Virus record (IMG/VR): IMGVR_UViG_3300020042_007483
Coordinates: 1-35,276 of that record
Origin: a virus
Taxonomy: Duplodnaviria; Caudoviricetes
Length of the DNA stretch: 35,276 nucleotides
Reading direction: 5' to 3' (one strand)
The notes below the pieces were generated by a model. The model searched no databases and was not told where the DNA came from. It saw only the letters and a program-made list of their open reading frames with translations. This document shows, in pieces, positions 28,401 through 35,276 of this stretch. The stretch's first letter is position 1. Every line of letters begins with the position of its first letter. The position numbers and the translations under genes were made by a program.

Positions 28401-31150
28401 ACTCGGAACGTATAAGATCCCGTATGGTCGCAGAGTATCGTCGTATCTGCGTATATCTCGAATCCTTTTTCCTTCGCCTTCTTGGCAAAATATAGATCCT
28501 CAGAAAACGTGTTGTTGTGATCTATCGCTGACTTATAGACGAACTGCGGATATCCGATATCTGCCATCACTTGTCTCTTGACAAGAACACATCCAAATCC
28601 ACAAGCTCCGATACGAACCAATCCTTGACCTCGGATCTTTTCCCATTCGATATGTGAATATCCATCCCTATCATTCTCTTCGAATATCTCTAGAGTCTGT
28701 GTGTCAGGATTGCGCTGCCTATAGATCCCAGATACTACATCCTTGTCGTGTGACAATAGCTTCTCTAACGTATCTGACGGGAATGATACGTCATAGTCGA
28801 CCGCAAACAGATAGTCGAATCCTTTTACGACCCAATCAGCGATCAGGTTTCGTACTTGATCTACATTATACCCATAGAAATGCTGATATGTCGTCTCATA
28901 TCCTTCAGGTACTTTCAGATCATATATCGATTTAAAGGTGTTTGGTTCGATGTTCTTTGCTGTAGGAATCGCGATTAATATCTTTTTTTTCATGACGTTC
29001 TTTACAACCATTTCTTTTGTTTGAACTATTTCTACATTCATAGGACGTGGTGTAGAATTTACTTCTACTTTGTTTATTTGGATCTTTGCATCGTTAGCAA
29101 TTTTACTAGCATTTTTGTTTTGAAGTTCACCATTTACTTTATAATCGTTCAGTGGGTTCTTGTCATTATAGAGCATGACAATATCCTGGACGACTTTGAT
29201 CTTGTTAGGATCAGCTCTTTCTATTATATTATAGAATGTTGCATTATCACCGCCTGCTTTGAACCATTCTCCGTTCTCATCTTTAAATACAGAATCATTA
29301 ATATTATTCAACAACTCTCTACGGAATGTCCTGAGATGAGGATACGGCATTCCCCAATTAAACTTATATTCTCGATATCTTTTAGAATCTCTGATCGCCT
29401 TTGGATATGGTTGAGCGATCAACGGAATGTTATCCGCTTCTGACCAACAACTTCCATATGAGTAATCTGTCTTACCATCGGCGTAGAGATTATTGTAGAA
29501 ATTAAATATGTTGTTATCATTGATCAGCGCATCATCGCCGTCAAGGAGCATCACGATAGTGTCTAGACCAAACACATTTTTAATCGTGTTTATCTGATTA
29601 TACACAGCACCTTTATTCTCATTATGAGCGATGACGGTGATCTTTGATCTAATATCTTCTGGCAATGTCTTTAATTTATGATTGATCGCAAACTTGGCAC
29701 CATCAGTGCTGGCATCATTGATCAGATACATCGTCCAGTTGGTATAGTTCTGTGTAGCAACAGAATCGATGCACCTGAGGATATATTGCTCTGCATTAAA
29801 GAAAGGCGTGATGACAGCGATATGCTGTTCTTTATTCTGCGTAAACGTGTTCCATTCTTCATTGTTGCTGAACCTACGCCCGAATACTTTATGAATTCGA
29901 TCATTGATGTATGATACCTTACGATATTCATCCGCAGGAAGGTAATGATTTAATTCTTTAAAGAAATGTTGCTTCCATTGCAGAGCGACCGTATCCCAGG
30001 TAGAGATATCTTTGACTATGTTGCAGTAATACTGTTTCTGCTGATGTAGATAAGGATTATTATACGCACTAAGAACTAATCCGACAAAACGGTCACACTG
30101 CGTTTGTATATTGATATCTCTGAATAGACTGTTTGGTTCGATAGCATAGTCGATGAAATAAGACGCATTACCTATAGCAGTCTCTTCTAATGCACCAAAT
30201 CTAGTCGCAACTAGAGGTGTATTATATGCGAGCGATTCTAATGTAGAGATGCCAAACGTTTCTGGGAATGCTCCTGGATAAAGGAACATGGATGCTTGAG
30301 ATAATATCTCGGCAATCTCTTTCTGAGATATGATGCCCGTGAACTCGATTCCAAGAGCTTTGTATTTCTGATCCTGGATTAACTTCTGATGTGTCTCACC
30401 TTGAGCATCTAGAGGTCCGTCAGAACGAAACCTATAATACCCGCCGATCACTTTCAATCGTGCTTCTGGTATATGCCTTTTAATTCCCGGCCAGATCCTG
30501 TCAATGAGAGGTAGCATTCCTTTTGTCACAGAAGCATTATATACGAATAAGTTGCGATCTTTCTTTGATATATCTACTTCATCAAAATAATTGACGATCC
30601 CATTCCTCGTCTGAAATATCTTGTTCTTCAATACTTCAAAGTTGCGCCTCTTGCCGTGATCACATGTCGAGACATATGATGTATGAAAATCAGATAAGGT
30701 AAATATCTTATCGATATGTCCGTTGACAGCGAGATCTTCTAGATTGATATCTCCATTACAGAAAGTATCGTGCATCCAGAGAACTTTGTGCTTTGCCTTG
30801 TTACGCATGTTCTGAAATATAGCACAAGGATATGCAGTCGCTCTATTGAATGCTTCATAATAATGATTTGGAACGAAAGGAACTACTGTTCTAGATGAAA
30901 TAACAATGTCAAACTCATCATTATTAGTTATGCTACCGACTGGTCTGTAAGTTACGTCATCATAAATACCTGGACGACTATCGTCATCTTGACAAGCATT
31001 AAAGACAGTTACAGGAAATCCTAATTTGGCCAGTTCTTTAGAGATGAGAATGACAGCAGATTCGGATCCACCCAAACCTCGCTTTGATAGCGTATCTCCA
31101 TCGTATACGAGCCCAATCAGATCTAAAATAGCAATAGATGGGTATTTCAT
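28394..31150 (-). CDS. Three-domain glycosyltransferase (GT4/GT-B + GT2/GT-A + GT2-like/GT-A)
   Basis: GLGGSE...PETFGISTLESLA...GAL.E (GT-B); VITPFFNAEQYI.RCI.SV..Q...INDASTD...LDGDD (GT2); ILIAIP...AVDYD...VVSG.Y...GFGCVLVK...EDLYF...G.EIY.D...C.H.G (GT2-like). GAGGT Shine-Dalgarno. Confidence 0.9.
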   Translation of the reverse strand: MKYPSIAILDLIGLVYDGDTLSKRGLGGSESAVILISKELAKLGFPVTVFNACQDDDSRPGIYDDVTYRPVGSITNNDEFDIVISSRTVVPFVPNHYYEAFNRATAYPCAIFQNMRNKAKHKVLWMHDTFCNGDINLEDLAVNGHIDKIFTLSDFHTSYVSTCDHGKRRNFEVLKNKIFQTRNGIVNYFDEVDISKKDRNLFVYNASVTKGMLPLIDRIWPGIKRHIPEARLKVIGGYYRFRSDGPLDAQGETHQKLIQDQKYKALGIEFTGIISQKEIAEILSQASMFLYPGAFPETFGISTLESLAYNTPLVATRFGALEETAIGNASYFIDYAIEPNSLFRDINIQTQCDRFVGLVLSAYNNPYLHQQKQYYCNIVKDISTWDTVALQWKQHFFKELNHYLPADEYRKVSYINDRIHKVFGRRFSNNEEWNTFTQNKEQHIAVITPFFNAEQYILRCIDSVATQNYTNWTMYLINDASTDGAKFAINHKLKTLPEDIRSKITVIAHNENKGAVYNQINTIKNVFGLDTIVMLLDGDDALINDNNIFNFYNNLYADGKTDYSYGSCWSEADNIPLIAQPYPKAIRDSKRYREYKFNWGMPYPHLRTFRRELLNNINDSVFKDENGEWFKAGGDNATFYNIIERADPNKIKVVQDIVMLYNDKNPLNDYKVNGELQNKNASKIANDAKIQINKVEVNSTPRPMNVEIVQTKEMVVKNVMKKKILIAIPTAKNIEPNTFKSIYDLKVPEGYETTYQHFYGYNVDQVRNLIADWVVKGFDYLFAVDYDVSFPSDTLEKLLSHDKDVVSGIYRQRNPDTQTLEIFEENDRDGYSHIEWEKIRGQGLVRIGACGFGCVLVKRQVMADIGYPQFVYKSAIDHNNTFSEDLYFAKKAKEKGFEIYADTTILCDHTGSYTFRVQ

Positions 31151-31167
31151 AACAACCTCACGTAAAA

Positions 31168-31175
31168 CATAAATA
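31168..31175 (+). promoter_or_regulatory. Near-consensus late promoter (CATAAATA) for the Gly-X-X fibre gene
   Basis: 7/8 match to TATAAATA in the 58 nt divergent gap, 33 nt upstream of the ATG at 31209. Confidence 0.55.
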
Positions 31176-31190
31176 TGTAGGAATTAATAT

Positions 31191-31198
31191 TATTTATA
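31191..31198 (-). promoter_or_regulatory. T4-type late promoter for the glycosyltransferase
   Basis: TATTTATA on the + strand, i.e. exact TATAAATA on the - strand, 40 nt upstream of the glycosyltransferase ATG. Confidence 0.8.
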
Positions 31199-31208
31199 TA
31201 GGCATTAA

Positions 31209-34200
31209 ATGGCTCTGATCTTCTATAGTCAAAAGAACACCGGAAATGGTTCTAATACTAATTATACATTAACTCAGACAGTAACGCAAGCTAATAATAT
31301 ATTAGTTTCTGTTAACGGGCTTCTGCAAGTTCCTAGTGTTGATTATACGATTAGCGGATCTGAAATCATCTTTGCCTCCGCACCGCTAAGTAATTTCGAC
31401 ATAGAAATTCGCTATATCGTTTCTGACGGATACGATGGTTCTGTAGGTTTTACCGGTTCTTCAGGGTTTATCGGATCTGTAGGATTTCAAGGTTCTGCAG
31501 GTTTCTTAGGTTCAGCGGGTTTCTTTGGCTCAGTAGGTTTCTTTGGTTCTTTAGGATATCAGGGATCAAAAGGCGATCCGGGTGGAAGCACGGGATATAC
31601 AGGTTCTGCAGGATCATTGGGTTATACGGGTTCTATAGGACCTACAGGAACATCGGGCGGCGTAGGTAAACCTTCAAGGATATCTGTATATACTGCAAAT
31701 GGTAGTAATACTCAATTCACATTAGGTGAGACAGTAGCAAACACAAACCACATCCTTGTGTTTGTCAATGGGCTAGTCGAAACACCTGATGTTGACTATT
31801 CTGTAAACAATACTATTATAACATTCTCTGTCGCACCTGTCAACACCTCAATCATAGAAGTTCGATATTTTGATGCGATCCAAGGATCTGGTGGCTATCA
31901 GGGTTCTGCAGGTTTCTTTGGTTCCGCAGGTTTCTTTGGTTCCGCGGGTTCAGTAGGTTTCTTTGGTTCTGTCGGATATCTAGGATCTGCGGGTTTCTTT
32001 GGATCTACAGGATATCAAGGATCTAAAGGTGATCCTGGCGGAGCTACGGGTTATTCAGGTTCATTGGGTTATACAGGTTCTCGGGGTGCCGGTTTTGATG
32101 GATCGATGGGTGAAGTCGGACGTCCATATAAGTTTTCTAGATATACTGCAAATGGTAGTAATACTCAATTTACGCTGTCAGATTCAACTTCTAACTCAGC
32201 ACACATTCTAGTATTTGTTAATGGTCTGATTGAGACACCCGATGTTGATTATATCGTATCTGGGACGACTCTGACTATCAATTATGTCCCTCAATTGAAT
32301 TCTGAGATCGAAGTTAGATACTTCGGCACGACTCAAGGTGAGACTGGATATAGAGGATCTGAAGGTTTTAGAGGATCGAGCGGAGCAACGGGTTATGACG
32401 GATCTGTAGGTTATACCGGATCTAAAGGTGATACGGGATTTACAGGATCTTTGGGATTTACAGGATCCAAAGGTGATACAGGATTCGTAGGATCTATCGG
32501 TCCGACTGGTGCGTTTGGCGGCGCTGCTTTTGACTATAAATTTGATGATTCTACCGCAAATACAGATCCTACTGACGGATTTGTAAGGTTCAGTAATACA
32601 TCACTGGCATCTGCCACACGTTTATACATCAGTGAAAATGATAAATTTTTTACTTCTACATATACGTTCTTAGAGACGATTGATGATTCTACTTCAGCAA
32701 TCAAAGGCCAGTTCACTATCACGAGTGCTGCCAATACGGACAGTTTCACATTATTTAGCATCATAGGATCTCATACCTATACATCAAACTTCTTTGATGT
32801 TCCTATAGCATATATTTCTGGAGCTACGACTTTTGCTGATAATGCAAATGTGATATTGACATTTGCTAGGACAGGTGACATAGGCGATACGGGATACACA
32901 GGATCTAAAGGATTCACAGGATCAAAGGGTGATATCGGATTTACGGGTTCTAAAGGTGACACAGGATTCGTAGGATCAAAAGGTGACATAGGATTCACAG
33001 GAAGCATAGGATTCACGGGTTCTGTCGGTTTCGTAGGGTCCAAAGGTGATACTGGATTCACAGGTTCTATCGGATATACAGGTTCTAAAGGTGATACAGG
33101 ATTTGTTGGGTCTGTAGGGTTTGCAGGATCTAAAGGTGATACGGGTTTCACAGGATCCATAGGATTCACAGGTTCTATCGGATATACAGGTTCTAAAGGT
33201 GATACAGGATTTGTTGGGTCTGTTGGATTTACAGGATCCATAGGATTTACAGGTTCTAAAGGTGATACAGGATTTTTTGGATCTTTTGGTTATACAGGAT
33301 CCTTAGGATATACAGGTTCGCTCGGCAATATCGGGTATGCAGGATCTCAAGGTGATCAAGGAATCCAAGGAAATATCGGACCTTTAGGATATGTAGGATC
33401 TCGAGGAGATCTTGGCTATACAGGATCGTTTGGTTCAACGGGTTATGTAGGATCTCAAGGTGTAGGATTTTCAGGATCTGCCGGCGCGGGATACACGGGT
33501 TCTGTCGGTTCATTAGGATTTACAGGATCTGAAGGTCCGATTGGATATGCAGGATCTCGAGGTGACTTCGGATACACAGGTTCTGAAGGACTTATCGGTT
33601 ATACAGGTTCTCAAGGAATTACAGGATATACAGGATCCTATGGTGATTTCGGTTATACAGGTTCTCAAGGCGTAGGCTATGCAGGATCTCAAGGTATCAC
33701 TGGATACACTGGATCTTATGGTGACCTAGGATATACGGGTTCTATTGGCTATACGGGTTCTCAAGGTGTAGGATTCACAGGATCTCAAGGTAATGAGGGT
33801 ATTCCTGGGGCTTTTGGTGGCACGACTTTCCTATATTTTTATTTTGCTAACACGCAGAATGCAGATCCAGGTGCAGGTTCTTTAAGATTTAGCAATACGT
33901 CTCTTGCTAATTCTACGTTCTTGTACATCAACAAAAGTGATCTTCGATTTGATTTTACATTTAATTCATTATTGATTGTCGATAGTTCCACATCGGGTAT
34001 CAAAGGGCATTTTAAGATATCAACTTCTGGCAATAATTCAAATTATGCCACATTCATGATAATTGATTCGTTAACTGATAATGGATCTTATGCTACTGTT
34101 CCTATATCATTCCTTTCGGGTGATGCTGGAGCTAACACAGTTCTCGGTGATAGTACTCTTACTGCTTTGACCATTGCAAGAGCCGGTGATCAAGGAGATA

Positions 34201-35276
34201 CAGGATATGCAGGTTCTATAGGTTCTCAAGGTCAGACGGGCGCGGGTTATGACGGGTCTATAGGATTTACAGGATCTAAAGGCGATATCGGATTTGTAGG
34301 ATCTAGAGGAGATCTCGGTTATACAGGCTCTTTAGGCTATACAGGTAGCATAGGCTATACAGGATCTGAAGGATATACAGGATCTTCAGGATATACAGGA
34401 TCCTTTGGCGATATCGGTTATACGGGATCTACGGGTGCTGGCTATGTAGGATCACAGGGTGATCTGGGTTATACGGGATCTACTGGCGCAGGTTATGATG
34501 GCTCTAGAGGTGCTACGGGTTTCACAGGTTCTTATGGTGATCTTGGCTATACAGGATCTACCGGCGCAGGATATGTCGGATCTAAAGGATTTGATGGTTC
34601 AAGGGGCGATCTAGGATACACGGGATCTCGGGGCGTAGGATTCACAGGGTCTGCTGGCGGAATCGGAACTGTCGGATATACAGGATCAAAAGGTGATATC
34701 GGCGAAACCGGAGCGGGATATGACGGTTCTGTTGGATTTGTAGGGTCTAAAGGTGATCTCGGTTATACAGGTTCTTTAGGATATACGGGATCTTTCGGAT
34801 ATACAGGTTCGAGAGGACCTGCAGGAACATTTGGCGGCGCTGCATTTGAATACTATTTCAATGGCAATACAGCAGATCCTACAGCACGTGCTAATGGCGA
34901 GATAAGATTAAGCAATACTACATTTAGCGATGCTAATACATTGTATATCAGCTATGTAGATCAGGCGACTGCTAATGTACAACCTTTCTTGCAGACCATC
35001 GATGACTCGACATCTGCTATCAAAGGTCACTTTACGATCACTGAGATAGCAAACAATGACAACTATGTGATGTATGCTATCATCGGGAATCATGTTCAAG
35101 ATTCCCAATATTTCAATGTTCCGATATCTTATCTCAGCGGATCATCGACAGCATTTGCAAATAACACTAATGTCGTCGTGACATTTGCGAGGACGGGTGA
35201 TATCGGTGATGTTGGTTATACGGGATCAAAAGGTGATCTCGGATATGTCGGTTCGATAGGATACACAGGATCAAAA
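31209..35276 (+). CDS. Very large Gly-X-X repeat (collagen-like) fibre protein, runs off the window (>=1356 aa)
   Basis: Not in the ORF track. Open frame from MALIFYSQKNTGNGSNTNYTL... to the end of the window. Three ~70 aa ILV.VNGL...P.VDY domains and three ~125 aa FGG..F.Y...AR.GD domains are separated by G[FY]xGSx tracts. Confidence 0.92.
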   Translation, partial: MALIFYSQKNTGNGSNTNYTLTQTVTQANNILVSVNGLLQVPSVDYTISGSEIIFASAPLSNFDIEIRYIVSDGYDGSVGFTGSSGFIGSVGFQGSAGFLGSAGFFGSVGFFGSLGYQGSKGDPGGSTGYTGSAGSLGYTGSIGPTGTSGGVGKPSRISVYTANGSNTQFTLGETVANTNHILVFVNGLVETPDVDYSVNNTIITFSVAPVNTSIIEVRYFDAIQGSGGYQGSAGFFGSAGFFGSAGSVGFFGSVGYLGSAGFFGSTGYQGSKGDPGGATGYSGSLGYTGSRGAGFDGSMGEVGRPYKFSRYTANGSNTQFTLSDSTSNSAHILVFVNGLIETPDVDYIVSGTTLTINYVPQLNSEIEVRYFGTTQGETGYRGSEGFRGSSGATGYDGSVGYTGSKGDTGFTGSLGFTGSKGDTGFVGSIGPTGAFGGAAFDYKFDDSTANTDPTDGFVRFSNTSLASATRLYISENDKFFTSTYTFLETIDDSTSAIKGQFTITSAANTDSFTLFSIIGSHTYTSNFFDVPIAYISGATTFADNANVILTFARTGDIGDTGYTGSKGFTGSKGDIGFTGSKGDTGFVGSKGDIGFTGSIGFTGSVGFVGSKGDTGFTGSIGYTGSKGDTGFVGSVGFAGSKGDTGFTGSIGFTGSIGYTGSKGDTGFVGSVGFTGSIGFTGSKGDTGFFGSFGYTGSLGYTGSLGNIGYAGSQGDQGIQGNIGPLGYVGSRGDLGYTGSFGSTGYVGSQGVGFSGSAGAGYTGSVGSLGFTGSEGPIGYAGSRGDFGYTGSEGLIGYTGSQGITGYTGSYGDFGYTGSQGVGYAGSQGITGYTGSYGDLGYTGSIGYTGSQGVGFTGSQGNEGIPGAFGGTTFLYFYFANTQNADPGAGSLRFSNTSLANSTFLYINKSDLRFDFTFNSLLIVDSSTSGIKGHFKISTSGNNSNYATFMIIDSLTDNGSYATVPISFLSGDAGANTVLGDSTLTALTIARAGDQGDTGYAGSIGSQGQTGAGYDGSIGFTGSKGDIGFVGSRGDLGYTGSLGYTGSIGYTGSEGYTGSSGYTGSFGDIGYTGSTGAGYVGSQGDLGYTGSTGAGYDGSRGATGFTGSYGDLGYTGSTGAGYVGSKGFDGSRGDLGYTGSRGVGFTGSAGGIGTVGYTGSKGDIGETGAGYDGSVGFVGSKGDLGYTGSLGYTGSFGYTGSRGPAGTFGGAAFEYYFNGNTADPTARANGEIRLSNTTFSDANTLYISYVDQATANVQPFLQTIDDSTSAIKGHFTITEIANNDNYVMYAIIGNHVQDSQYFNVPISYLSGSSTAFANNTNVVVTFARTGDIGDVGYTGSKGDLGYVGSIGYTGSK
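31688..32170 (+). repeat. 30 bp exact direct repeat (31688-31717 and 32141-32170) in duplicated N-terminal domains
   Basis: ATATACTGCAAATGGTAGTAATACTCAATT occurs twice, encoding YTANGSNTQF. Confidence 0.85.
33054..33223 (+). repeat. 62 bp exact direct repeat (33054-33115 and 33162-33223) within the Gly-X-X tract
   Basis: GGATTCACAGGTTCTATCGGATATACAGGTTCTAAAGGTGATACAGGATTTGTTGGGTCTGT occurs twice, 108 nt apart (frame-preserving). Confidence 0.85.

Noticed and set aside
28380-28420. Terminator between the convergent 67 aa gene and the glycosyltransferase
   Set aside because: The genes overlap by 7 nt and I could not find a convincing hairpin with a U-tract.
32777-33513. Minus-strand Pro-rich repeat ORFs (DPVNP/EPVYP)
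   Set aside because: These are antisense mirrors of the Gly-X-X codons in the + strand fibre gene.
31430-35276. Possible CRISPR array or DGR template/variable repeats
   Set aside because: The repeats are in-frame 9/18 nt coding units varying mostly at third codon positions. There are no unique spacers, no adenine-specific variation, and no cas or reverse transcriptase gene in the window.
1600-35276. Stop-codon reassignment as an explanation for the split genes
   Set aside because: TAA, TGA and TAG all end recognisable genes at the expected places, coding density is high in the standard code, and the 21396/21398 and 8189/8186 junctions change frame.

Overview
Most of the window (about 1600-35276) is the tail/baseplate module of a large T4-like myovirus. 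The minus strand carries gp51, gp26, a gp54/gp19-like gene, gp2 and gp4. The plus strand carries gp48, gp53, a gp27-like hub, a gp5 spike split over separate genes, gp25, gp6, gp7, gp8, a VrlC-like protein split into three ORFs, a 2OG-Fe(II) oxygenase and an S74-chaperone tail fibre. At the right end a three-domain glycosyltransferase (minus strand) is paired divergently with a >=1356 aa Gly-X-X Ser/Thr-rich fibre protein. T4 late promoters (TATAAATA) are visible. Three real genes are missing from the ORF track: 1..660 (-), gp51 at 1600..1773 (-) and 31209..>35276 (+). The main points of interest are: (1) a candidate late-expressed virion-fibre glycosylation system; (2) a C-terminal Hint domain with no usable C-extein at the split point of the VrlC-like protein; (3) a spike locus with three peptidoglycan-hydrolase folds, one apparently catalytically dead; (4) an oxygenase carrying a copy of its neighbour's coiled coil. 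The first ~1.55 kb looks like a different phage (portal-like C-terminus and downstream genes) joined in frame, possibly an assembly chimera. All family assignments come from motif recognition by eye, not database searches.
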